Of a stretch of 64,000 nucleotides of DNA, positions 45,774-55,900 are shown piece after piece. The translations under genes were made by a program, and so were the position numbers. This DNA comes from an uncultured Chitinophagaceae bacterium (lineage in GTDB: Bacteria > Bacteroidota > Bacteroidia > Chitinophagales > CAIOSU01): NCBI GenBank assembly GCA_964518215.1, contig CAZFFP010000007.1, positions 1,121 through 65,120 on the forward strand, in the 5' to 3' direction. Position 1 is the stretch's first letter, and each line of letters opens with the position of its first letter. Under the pieces are notes generated by a model, which saw only the letters and a program-made list of their open reading frames with translations, was not told the DNA's origin and ran no database searches.

Positions 45774-47189
45774 TTGAAAAGAGAAATTAAACTCAGGCAT
45801 ATTAGGCGCATTTTTATCGGTATTGGCTTCATATTTATTCTTGCGTTAGTTTTTAAACCAAAAGCAGGCTCCGATTACTTTGAGGTTTGCGAGCCGTTTC
45901 CAACCGATGCGATTGAATACCATCTTCCTGCGGCAAATCTTGCCCTTCATAATGCCTTCCCGTATTTTGGGTTTATCGGACCAAAAGAAGATTATAAATT
46001 ATGCCAAAACAATAATGAAAACATTTATCATCAAATTTTAGAAGAGGCATCATCAATTGTTTTTCCAAGCAAGCCGCCTTTGTATTCGCTTTTGCTTGGA
46101 TTAGGCTTCAAGATTTTCGGATATTCCCCCGCCACCGCTCTTTTTTTCAATCTGCTTTGTTTTTATCTAATAATATACTTTTTGTTTGTTGCCTGTTATT
46201 TTTTGTTGGGCATGAAGGGCTTATTTGTAGCGCTTATTACATCTATATTATTGTGCGTTATTGAAGTTAATCTTATATCTTTTGATGCAGAGCTGTTAAC
46301 CGCATTGTTGGTATTAATAGCCTTCACTTTTGGAGTCATTGCTTTTAGAAATAAAAATGCAAAATATCATTTGCTATTTGGATGCGCAATGAGTTTGTTG
46401 GTATTATGTAAAGGTTATTTTGTGTTTTCAGTTATGATATTTATCATCATCTACTTGTCTTTTATTCTGAAAAATAAAGTGATGAGCGCTATCTATTCGC
46501 TTATGTTTTTTCTTATGGGATTTTTATTGTTTATTCTTCCTTGGGTGTGTTTTATAAATTTTTCTATTCAAAACAATATCGAGAGCAGAACTGCCTTTCA
46601 TAACAAACTAAAAGAGCATGCCCCAAATTTAATATTGAATAATCATGATGAAATTTATAATGCAAATGGAGCAATAAGGGACGATGTGATTTTCGACCTT
46701 ATGCTCTTTCATCAATACCAACATGCTGCCGAAAACAATTTTGTTTTTATCACTAATCAGTTAGGAGAGTACAATATTTTGAATGTTCATAATGAATATT
46801 GTTCAGACGGAGACTTTCATCCCGAATGGAGAATTATCAAAACTTCTTTTTACAATAAGCATAAGGATAAAGATAAAAACACAAAACTTTTTATGTTTTA
46901 CCGCTATCATTTTCTTTTGGGCATAGAGATTGTTTTGGCGAAAATTAAGAATTCAATTACGGCTAAAACTTTTTGGTATTGGTGCGCTATTATTTTGCTT
47001 TTGTTTTTTGGTTTGAAGCAAAAATATCCCAAAGAATTGCTGACAGCATTAATATTCATGGCGAATGTGTTTCTTGTATTAATAGTGTTTTATGGAGATG
47101 TAAGGTTTGTTCAAACCGTTATCCCGCTTTCAATTTTGAGCATAGGAGTTGTGCTTTATTGTTTCAATAGCAGCGAGTCTGATTTGTAA
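45774..47189 (+). CDS. GT-C fold glycosyltransferase (ArnT / PMT_2-like)
   Basis: 471 aa with a TTG start in the track. Many TM helices. FPSKPPLYSLLLGLGFKIFGYSP resembles the conserved first periplasmic loop/helix of the ArnT/PMT family. Confidence 0.65.
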   Translation: MKREIKLRHIRRIFIGIGFIFILALVFKPKAGSDYFEVCEPFPTDAIEYHLPAANLALHNAFPYFGFIGPKEDYKLCQNNNENIYHQILEEASSIVFPSKPPLYSLLLGLGFKIFGYSPATALFFNLLCFYLIIYFLFVACYFLLGMKGLFVALITSILLCVIEVNLISFDAELLTALLVLIAFTFGVIAFRNKNAKYHLLFGCAMSLLVLCKGYFVFSVMIFIIIYLSFILKNKVMSAIYSLMFFLMGFLLFILPWVCFINFSIQNNIESRTAFHNKLKEHAPNLILNNHDEIYNANGAIRDDVIFDLMLFHQYQHAAENNFVFITNQLGEYNILNVHNEYCSDGDFHPEWRIIKTSFYNKHKDKDKNTKLFMFYRYHFLLGIEIVLAKIKNSITAKTFWYWCAIILLLFFGLKQKYPKELLTALIFMANVFLVLIVFYGDVRFVQTVIPLSILSIGVVLYCFNSSESDL

Positions 47190-47262
47190 ATATGATGTTC
47201 GCTTTTCCAAGCCGCAACCGGATTTTTTGCTCAACTTTGAACGTCAAAATTTCCGATATCCG

Positions 47263-48105
47263 ATGAATGCTTTAGAGATGAAACAATGGTTTATTGACTC
47301 TATTCAACCTGTTTATGATACACGAGAAGCACGAAATATTTTTAAAATTGTACACGAAGATATTTTTGACGGCAAACAAATTTTTTCTGATACAGATAAA
47401 AATGCAGCGGCAACTATTTCTGATCGCCTGAACAATCATGAGCCGATTCAATACATACTTGGAGCGGCAGATTTTTTTGGGTTGAAGATTAAAGTAACAG
47501 AATCGGTTTTAATTCCCCGACCGGAAACCGAAGAACTGGTGAATGAAGTCATCAAGACGATAAAGACTTTGAAAAATGTTATTGAACCAATCCATATTAT
47601 TGATATATGCACGGGCAGCGGCTGTATTGCGATTGTTTTGAAAAAATACATTCCTGATGCAACCGTTACAGCTATAGACATTTCACCAACAGCATTGAAA
47701 GTAGCTAAAGAAAATGCCGTGTTGAATGAAACGGAAATTGATTTCGTTCATAATGATTTTCTCAATGACACATCCTGGAACAAATTCGGTAAATTTCATT
47801 GTATTGTAAGCAATCCACCTTATATCAGCGCAAAAGAATTTGATGCGCTCGACAAGAAAGTGAAATATTTTGAGCCTCATATTGCTTTGAGGGCATTTGA
47901 TGAAGACCCTTTGATATTTTATAGAAAACTGGCAGCATTCGGCAAGTTACATCTTGAAAAAAACGGATTTATATTTTGCGAGATGAATGCTTCATTATCG
48001 AAAGAAATTAAAACCATTTTTGAAACAGCCGGATATGATTGCACTATTGTGCCGGACATTAACAGAAAGGAACGGATGCTGCGGGCAAATCAAAATTTCC
48101 GTTAA
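47263..48105 (+). CDS. prmC: peptide chain release factor N5-glutamine methyltransferase
   Basis: I use the ATG at 47263 (MNALEMKQW). SAM motif DICTGSGCIAI and catalytic NPPY (VSNPPYIS). Confidence 0.88.
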   Translation: MNALEMKQWFIDSIQPVYDTREARNIFKIVHEDIFDGKQIFSDTDKNAAATISDRLNNHEPIQYILGAADFFGLKIKVTESVLIPRPETEELVNEVIKTIKTLKNVIEPIHIIDICTGSGCIAIVLKKYIPDATVTAIDISPTALKVAKENAVLNETEIDFVHNDFLNDTSWNKFGKFHCIVSNPPYISAKEFDALDKKVKYFEPHIALRAFDEDPLIFYRKLAAFGKLHLEKNGFIFCEMNASLSKEIKTIFETAGYDCTIVPDINRKERMLRANQNFR

Positions 48106-48546
48106 AATATATAACGGCTTGCTATTTTTTGAAACGAAATTTTTGCAAAGCCAATGCGCGAATAGTTTTCAGTCCTTTCGATACCTGCCTAACCAATAAA
48201 TAGAATATGCTACTCTGCTTAACATATTTGCTGTTTATTTCATGCTCTTTTCCTTTAAAAAACCTGCCTATCATTTGCTGAAAACAAATGCAATTAAGGG
48301 AAAGAGGCTTTGAGTTAAAGTTAAAGATGTTGCAGCTTCAAGTTGTAATATTGACAAGGAATGGTCTGGAAGAATGAGTTATAAGAGCTATGTTTAATAC
48401 TGCAAAAGTTATACTTACACCTTTTTATTCAGTTCTGCACATCAATTTCTTTGTTAAATTGCCCTATGCTTAATGCTTATTTAATCTTAGCTTAATAAAG
48501 TTCATGTGGAATACAGATTAACTTTACACTGTAAAAAATACTTTTT

Positions 48547-49224
48547 GTGAGCGCATTCATAAAATTATTGCTGGTAGATGACGAGCCTGATATTCTCGAA
48601 TTTATCAGATACAATTTAGAAAAAGAAGGCTATACGGTTTTCACTGCCGAAAACGGGCGCAAAGCCATTGAGCTTGCACAACAGGTGCAGCCACATCTTA
48701 TTTTGTTAGATGTGATGATGCCCGAATTAGACGGCATTGAAACCTGCCGCGAATTGCGCACACTGCCCCAACTGAAAAATACGCTCATAGCTTTTCTCAC
48801 TGCTCGCAACGAAGACTATTCGCAGATTGCCGGGTTCGATGTAGGCGCTGACGATTATATCACCAAGCCTATAAAGCCCCGTGTGTTGATTAGCCGCATC
48901 AAAGGGTTGCTGAGACGCTTTACTAACCAAACCCCCGATGAAAAAGTGAAGTTGGGAAATATAGAAATTGACCCTGAAAAATATATTGTTTACAAAGACG
49001 GCAACGAACTGAATCTGCCCAAAAAAGAGTTTGAACTGCTTTCGTTGCTGGCATCAAAGCCTGGCAAAGTTTTTTCGAGAAAAGAAATTCTGAATAAAAT
49101 ATGGGGTAACGACATTATTGTGGGCGACCGCACCATTGATGTTCATATTAGAAAGCTGCGCGAAAAATTAGGCGACAACTACTTCAAAACAATTAAAGGA
49201 ATAGGTTATAAATTTGAAGTGTAA
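48547..49224 (+). CDS. OmpR/PhoB-family response regulator
   Basis: 225 aa, GTG start. LLLVDDEPD...LILLDVMMPELDG receiver domain. Winged-helix DRTIDVHIRKLREKL...GIGYKF. Confidence 0.9.
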   Translation: MSAFIKLLLVDDEPDILEFIRYNLEKEGYTVFTAENGRKAIELAQQVQPHLILLDVMMPELDGIETCRELRTLPQLKNTLIAFLTARNEDYSQIAGFDVGADDYITKPIKPRVLISRIKGLLRRFTNQTPDEKVKLGNIEIDPEKYIVYKDGNELNLPKKEFELLSLLASKPGKVFSRKEILNKIWGNDIIVGDRTIDVHIRKLREKLGDNYFKTIKGIGYKFEV

Positions 49225-49239
49225 CCCAACCTGCTGCTC

Positions 49240-50289
49240 ATGAAAGACCTCTCGCCACGAGAGATTATTACCTATACTTCGCTCGTTCTTTCTGCCATTC
49301 TCTACGGGTTGATATTGTTTTTCAACTATCTGCTGGCATTGAAATTAGCCTGGTATCTACTGCTCATTATTCCCATAACCATTTTCATCAGTGCGTATAT
49401 CATCTTCGGGTTTTTCATCGAAAATTTTATTTACAAAAAAATAAAAGTCATTTACAAAAACATCAACGACCTGAAAGCCGGCAAAGGCTCGCGCAATATC
49501 AATGTTGATTTCAGCGCAGATATTTTCGGACGAGTAGATTCAGAAGTAAAAGAATGGGCGGCTACCAAAGCGCAGGAAATTGAAGTGTTGAAAAAAGCCG
49601 AGCAATACCGAAAGGAATTTGTAGGCAATGTTTCGCACGAATTGAAAACCCCCATTTTTGCCATTCAGGGCTATATAGAAACGCTGCTCGATGGCGCTCT
49701 GGAAGATGAAAAAATCAACCGCAACTATTTATTCAAAGCAGCGCAAAATGTGGAGCGGCTGCAAACCATCATAGACGACCTCGAAACTATTTCAAAATTA
49801 GAATCGAATGCGTTGCCGATTCATTTTGATAGGTTTGATATTATCGAACTGATTAAAGAAGTTTTTGAGGGCCTGGAAATGCAGGCGGAAATCAGAAATA
49901 TTACCTTGCTTTTCAAGCAGGGGCACGATAAGCCCACATTTGTTTCGGCAGACCGCGAAAGAATCAGGCAGGTGCTCACCAATCTTTTAAGCAACTCGAT
50001 TAAATACGGAAAGGAAGGCGGTAAAACCGCAGTGGGTATTTACGATATGGACGAAAACTTTTTGGTAGAAGTGAGCGATGACGGCATTGGTATCGAAAAA
50101 GAACATCTGCCTCGTTTGTTCGAGCGTTTTTACCGCATTGACAAACACCGCTCGCGCGATATGGGCGGCTCGGGCATCGGGCTGGCAATAGTGAAACACA
50201 TCATAGAAGCCCACCACCAAACCATCAATGTGCGCAGCACCGTTGGTGTAGGCACTACATTCGGGTTTACTATTAAGAAGGCGAAATAG
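49240..50289 (+). CDS. sensor histidine kinase (PhoR-like, two TM helices)
   Basis: 349 aa. H-box VSHELKTP, N-box LLSNSIKY, G-boxes DDGIGI and GGSGIGLAIVKH. Confidence 0.9.
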   Translation: MKDLSPREIITYTSLVLSAILYGLILFFNYLLALKLAWYLLLIIPITIFISAYIIFGFFIENFIYKKIKVIYKNINDLKAGKGSRNINVDFSADIFGRVDSEVKEWAATKAQEIEVLKKAEQYRKEFVGNVSHELKTPIFAIQGYIETLLDGALEDEKINRNYLFKAAQNVERLQTIIDDLETISKLESNALPIHFDRFDIIELIKEVFEGLEMQAEIRNITLLFKQGHDKPTFVSADRERIRQVLTNLLSNSIKYGKEGGKTAVGIYDMDENFLVEVSDDGIGIEKEHLPRLFERFYRIDKHRSRDMGGSGIGLAIVKHIIEAHHQTINVRSTVGVGTTFGFTIKKAK

Positions 50290-50333
50290 CCTCAAAAAAT
50301 CTTTCCTTTATTTTGCGGAACAATCTTCATCAA

Positions 50334-51587
50334 ATGCAGTTCGAAAACTCCCTTGCATTCGCCCGACATCTCGACCAAGAAGATTCTTTGTCGCATTTCA
50401 GAGAGCAGTTTTTTATTCCCGAAAAAAACGGTAAGCCTGTTCATTATTTCTGCGGAAATTCTCTCGGATTGCAACCCAAAACCGCAGGTGCATATATACA
50501 GCAGGAATTAGAAGATTGGAAAAACCTTGCAGTAGAAGGACATTTTCAGGCGAAAAATCCGTGGTTCAAATACCATCATTTTTTTAAAGACGAAAGTAAA
50601 TTAGTGGGGGCGCTTCCCGATGAAGTGGTGGTGATGAATACGCTCACCGTAAATCTGCACCTACTCATGGTTTCGTTTTACCGTCCACAAGGGAAGCGTT
50701 ATAAAATTATGATAGAAGGTGGCGCTTTTCCTTCAGACCAATATGCTGTGGAAAGTCAGTTAAAACACCACGGCTTCAATTATCCCGATGGAATGATAGA
50801 ACTGAAGCCCCGTGCCGGTGAATGCACGCTTCGCACGGAAGATGTTTTGCATACCATAAAACAACATGCCGATGAAATTGCACTAATAATGATTGGCGGA
50901 GTGAATTACTACACAGGGCAGTTTTGCGATTTGAAAACCATTACCGAAGCCGGTCATAAAGTCGGAGCCGTTGTTGGTTTCGATTTGGCACATGCAGCGG
51001 GTAATGTTCCGCTGCAACTTCACGACTGGAATGTGGACTTTGCTGTTTGGTGTACTTATAAATATCTCAACTCCGGTCCGGGTGGTCCGGGTGCTGTGTT
51101 TGTTCATGAAAAAAATGGTAACAATCCTGACATGCCAAGGTTTGCCGGATGGTGGGGTTATGATGAAGCCACTCGCTTTCTCATGCAGCCCGGCTTCAAA
51201 CCGCAGACAGGCGCAGCCGGATGGCAACTCAGCAATGCTCAGATTTTGAGCATGGCGGCACACAAAGCTTCGCTCGATATTTTTTCAAAAACTTCTATGC
51301 AGGAGTTGCGCAAAAAAAGTGTGTTGTTAACGGGCTTTGCCGAATTTTTGTTGCGCGAAAAAATCCGAAACGAAAATCTCGATATTCAAATCATTACTCC
51401 CGAAAATCCGGAAGAAAGAGGCTGTCAACTTTCGTTGCTTACCGACAACAACGGAAAACAACTTTTTGAAAAACTCACAGCTTCGGGCATCGTTGCCGAC
51501 TGGCGTGAACCTAATGTGATTCGTATAGCACCCGTGCCGCTGTATAATACATTTGAAGATGTGTATGTTTTGGCAACAAACCTATAG
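50334..51587 (+). CDS. kynU: kynureninase
   Basis: I prefer the ATG at 50334 (MQFENSLAFARHLD). The PLP-lysine region WCTYKYLNSGPGGPG and the overall sequence are typical of KynU. Confidence 0.88.
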   Translation: MQFENSLAFARHLDQEDSLSHFREQFFIPEKNGKPVHYFCGNSLGLQPKTAGAYIQQELEDWKNLAVEGHFQAKNPWFKYHHFFKDESKLVGALPDEVVVMNTLTVNLHLLMVSFYRPQGKRYKIMIEGGAFPSDQYAVESQLKHHGFNYPDGMIELKPRAGECTLRTEDVLHTIKQHADEIALIMIGGVNYYTGQFCDLKTITEAGHKVGAVVGFDLAHAAGNVPLQLHDWNVDFAVWCTYKYLNSGPGGPGAVFVHEKNGNNPDMPRFAGWWGYDEATRFLMQPGFKPQTGAAGWQLSNAQILSMAAHKASLDIFSKTSMQELRKKSVLLTGFAEFLLREKIRNENLDIQIITPENPEERGCQLSLLTDNNGKQLFEKLTASGIVADWREPNVIRIAPVPLYNTFEDVYVLATNL

Positions 51588-51661
51588 TTGTGTTATGTTT
51601 TTTAAGTGGGCAAATAATCGTACCTGAATAAAACCCCTAACTTTGTTGCATCAAAAAACAA

Positions 51662-52879
51662 ATGGCTATGTCAGCAAATACCACTTCCATCGGACAAAAA
51701 ACTTTTACCGATAAATACCGCCATCATGACCATTATGGCGTAGATGATTTGCTCACCGAAGAGCATAAACTTATTCGCGAAACCGTAAGAAGTTTTGTAA
51801 AAAAAGAACTCACTCCTATTATTGAAAATTATGCGCAGCGTGCCGAATTTCCCTCGCAACTCATCAAGGGTTTGGCAGAAGTGGGTGCTTTTGGTCCTAC
51901 TATTCCTCAGGAATATGGCGGTGCCGGTTTAGATGAAATTGCTTATGGAATTATCATGCAGGAAATCGAAAGAGGCGATTCGGGCATTCGCTCCACAGCT
52001 TCGGTGCAAGGCTCGCTGGTGATGTATCCCATATATAAATTCGGCAGCGAAGAGCAGAAAAGAAAGTATTTACCCAAACTCGCTAAAGGTGAAATGATGG
52101 GTTGTTTTGGCTTAACAGAAGCCAATCACGGCTCGAATCCGGGCGGCATGGAAACCCGCATTAAAAATGATGGCGACCACGTAATCTTAAACGGCTCTAA
52201 AATGTGGATTTCAAACGCTCCGTTTGCCGATATTGCTGTGGTATGGGCAAAAGACGAAAACGAAAAAATCAGAGGGTTGGTGGTAGAGCGTGGCATGGAA
52301 GGTTTTTCTACTCCCGAAATTCACAGTAAGTGGTCGTTGCGCGCTTCGGCTACAGGCGAGTTAGTGTTTGATAATGTACGGGTTCCTAAAAGTCATTTGT
52401 TTCCAACTATCGAAGGATTGAAAGGTCCATTAACCTGTTTGTCGTCTGCGCGTTACGGTATAGCTTGGGGCGCTATTGGTGTAGCACTAGATTGTTACGA
52501 TACAGCACTGAGATATTCTTTGGAAAGAATTCAATTTGACAAACCATTGGCTGCTTTTCAGTTAACGCAGAAAAAATTAGCCGAAATGATTACCGAAATT
52601 ACCAAAGCACAGTTGCTTGCCTGGCGATTAGGTGTTTTGAAAAACGAAGGCAAAGCCACTCCTGCTCAAATTTCGATGGCTAAAAGAAACAATGTAGATA
52701 TGGCGCTCAACATAGCCCGCGAAGCACGACAAATTTTAGGTGCGATGGGTATTATTGGCGAATTCTCGATTATGCGCCACATGGCAAATCTTGAATCGGT
52801 GATTACTTACGAAGGCACGCACGATATTCACCTGCTCATTACCGGAATGGAAGTTACCGGAATCAATGCTTTCAAATAG
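51662..52879 (+). CDS. gcdH: glutaryl-CoA dehydrogenase
   Basis: 405 aa. GCFGLTEANHGSNPGGMETR, KWSLRASATGELVFDNV, ARYGIAWGAIG and YEGTHDIHLLITG closely follow the GCDH sequence as I recall it. Confidence 0.88.
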   Translation: MAMSANTTSIGQKTFTDKYRHHDHYGVDDLLTEEHKLIRETVRSFVKKELTPIIENYAQRAEFPSQLIKGLAEVGAFGPTIPQEYGGAGLDEIAYGIIMQEIERGDSGIRSTASVQGSLVMYPIYKFGSEEQKRKYLPKLAKGEMMGCFGLTEANHGSNPGGMETRIKNDGDHVILNGSKMWISNAPFADIAVVWAKDENEKIRGLVVERGMEGFSTPEIHSKWSLRASATGELVFDNVRVPKSHLFPTIEGLKGPLTCLSSARYGIAWGAIGVALDCYDTALRYSLERIQFDKPLAAFQLTQKKLAEMITEITKAQLLAWRLGVLKNEGKATPAQISMAKRNNVDMALNIAREARQILGAMGIIGEFSIMRHMANLESVITYEGTHDIHLLITGMEVTGINAFK

Positions 52880-52886
52880 CGCTTCT

Positions 52887-52902
52887 GCCTGAAAGTTCAG
52901 GC
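52887..52902. terminator. short hairpin GCCTGAA-AG-TTCAGGC between convergent gcdH and the giant gene
   Basis: Read directly from the sequence. The stem is weak and there is no clear U-tract. Confidence 0.25.
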
Positions 52903-55900
52903 TTATTCATTCACTTTCAGTACTGCATTCGTATGAATCAGCAACTCGCCTCCGTTATCTAAGAGCGCTTTCTTACATTCTGCATCACCATCATAAAGTG
53001 GGGAACTGATGCTTATTTCCGGCATTCTGGGTGCCGTTCCGGGAATGATGGCATAAGTATTATCGCCCGGTACACAATGCGACCAGTTGTATGGGTCGTA
53101 CCAATCGGTGTCTATATCGCCTGTCCATGTGGAAGTAGGCATATTTTGGTCAATGGTAACTGTAGCACAGGAAGAGGTTACAGAATTACAATCGTTTCCG
53201 GTATTGGTAATCAATACACGGTAATAGCGGGTAGCTGTTAACCTATTAGTTGTATAAGTAGTGCTATTGGTTCCAACATTGTTCCATGAGCCACTGCAAC
53301 CCGAAGTGGATTCCTGCCACTGATAAGTGTATGTTCCGGAACCGCCCGACATAGACACGCTCAATGTATAATAAGCATTATAACAAGTGCTTCCGCTTTG
53401 GGGCTGAGTTACAATTGCAGGGTCGGCAACTACCGTCCAGCTTACGTTGTTGATGTTCGAATTACATCCGCTTCCGTTACAGTTGCGTCTGCTCTGAATT
53501 CTGTTGGTTCCAATTACTGCCGCAAATGAAGGAATAGTGTTTGACCATGACGACCATGTAGAGCCATTATCTGTAGTAAAGCGATATTGATTATTGCAGG
53601 TTCCGGTGCCACCTGTGCCTCCGCTTGATGTTACGGTGAGTGTAGCGCCTTCACAAAGCGAAGCTACATTGGGCGATTTAGTGATGGTTGGAGCCACGGG
53701 GTCGGCTACAACATTGGCACTCACAGAGGCGGCAGTTGTTTGACAACCCGATACCGATTGTGCTACAATGACATCATAACTGTAGTTTCCTGCTACAAGA
53801 GTATTGTCGGTAATATAAGTGGCTGAATTAGTGCCAATATTCACTCCGTTTCTTCGCCATTGATATGAAGGAGTTCCCAAGCCACCGCTTACATTGGCGG
53901 TAAGGGTTACGCTTCCGCCTTCACAAACAGTAGCAGTGTCCGAAATGGTAACAACAGGGTCTGCCACAACATTGGCGCTCACCGTTGCCGAAGTGGTTTG
54001 ACATGCAGAAGCTGATTGGGTAACAATGACATCGTAACTGTAATTTCCTGCTGCTAAAGAATTTGCAGTAGTATAGGTGGCTGAGTTAGTTCCTACATTC
54101 GAGCCATTTCTGCGCCATTGATAAGATGCCGTGCCTGCTCCACCACTCGCATTAGCTGTAAGTGTTACCGTTCCACCTACACAAACATCCGCTGCGCCCG
54201 ATATGCTTACATTGGGGTCGGCTACCACTACCCAGTTCACAGAGTTAATATTCGAATTACATCCGATGGCATTACAATCGCGTCTGGTTTCAATGATATA
54301 AGTTCCGGCAGTATTTGCAGAAATAGTAGGCACACTTCCACTCCACGATGTCCATGAAGAGCCTCCATTGGTAGAATATCGCATCTGGTCGTTACAGGTT
54401 CCGGCACCACCGCTTCCAAAAGCAGTAACATTAACTGTAAGCGTTGCTCCAATACATACCGAAGCATCGGCAGGATTTTTTGTGATGGTGGGCGCAATAG
54501 GGTCAGCTTCTACAAACCATAATAAAGCTCCATTTCCTACCGGCATCCAGTCAGTATTGGTGCAGCCGGGTCCTGTAGTAATTCTTCTGGTTCTAAAATA
54601 GTATTCTCCTAAGCCATGCGTAGTAGTGGAAACGGGCGAAGAATAAGTATTCCAAGAACCGGTAGAGCCTTTTCTCCATTCTATTTGGTCAACGGATGCA
54701 ATTCCTCCTGAGCCTCCGGATACTTCGGGAGTAAGCATGGCTCCAATACAAATAAACTGGTCGGTAGGATTGTCTCTGCTCAAAGTTCCTTCATTGGGTT
54801 GCTGAACAATTTCCCATTCAACTACAGGAGTCTCGGGAGATTCATTACAAGCAACGCCATTGCAGTTATAGCGGGCTTTTATTCTTACATACCCCGGAGC
54901 AACTCCGGCTGTAATCACGGGTATGGTAGTTTGCCATGCCGACCAAATATCATCTGTATTCTGATAAGCGTATTCATAATTACAGGTTCCTGCACCCCCG
55001 GTGCTGCCGGTGGCAGCATTTACTGATAATCCTGAAATACCTTCACATGCTTGAGCAAAATTGGAAGCTGTTGTTTTTGTTAAATTATTGGGTTGTGTAG
55101 GTTGCGGAGTGATGGTGAAAGTAGCATAAACCGGTCTGCTCCACCCGCAGCAGATTTCTTGCACCCTGTATCTTACTTTATAGTTTCCTGCGGAAAGAGA
55201 AGAAACATCTATTATCGGGTTGTTAAATGAAGAGGAAATAAGGGCTGTATTAGCGTTGTTTCCGGTTGCGCTGAAAATTACCCAGTCATATTCAACCTGT
55301 GTTTGCCAGGGATTGGTATGAGTCAGTTGAATTTCTGCACCGGCACCTTCGCATAAAGAATTGGGTGTTATGGTAATTACAGGCAGGGGCCTGTTATCAG
55401 AAGCAATTCTGAGAAAGCCAGGAAAATCTGCCGGAGCAGTCAGGTTATAAGTGGCATTAGCGGTAGTAGTATAAACTTTAATATTGGTTGTGGCTGTAGT
55501 ATATGAGGTGCCTCCGGCTGTTTCATTTCTATCATTTACAAAAGTAAGCCCCGATGGTAATATCCATGTGCCTGATGCTTTGTAGAGGTTGATTTCAGAA
55601 TTGATACAGGGTTTGCCTTTGTCGTGAAGCACTCTGATAACAGGAGTAGTTGCAATTGTTCCTGAAGGATTACTTGCTCCAACACCAGCTGTGTACATCT
55701 GATAAGAAACACCATTAGCGCCATCTCTTCCTCTGCCTCCACGTGCCCCGTTACCACCATTACCCCCATATCCTCCACATGCTCTATCTCCAGAGCAATT
55801 GCATTGCCTTGTATGTGTTCCCGACCCACCGACTCCACCGTTCCCTCCTGTTCCGCCATTCCCACCCAATCCTTCTGAGCCGTTATTCAGGATTACATTA

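Noticed and set aside
47149-47262. Upstream extension of prmC (track start 47149)
   Set aside because: It overlaps the end of the GT-C gene and encodes a non-homologous hydrophobic leader. The ATG at 47263 gives a normal PrmC N-terminus.
52903-53200. C-terminus of the giant protein, considered as a T9SS C-terminal sorting domain
   Set aside because: The last ~80 residues do not resemble the type A or type B CTD patterns I know. I left the question open as a finding rather than calling a CTD.
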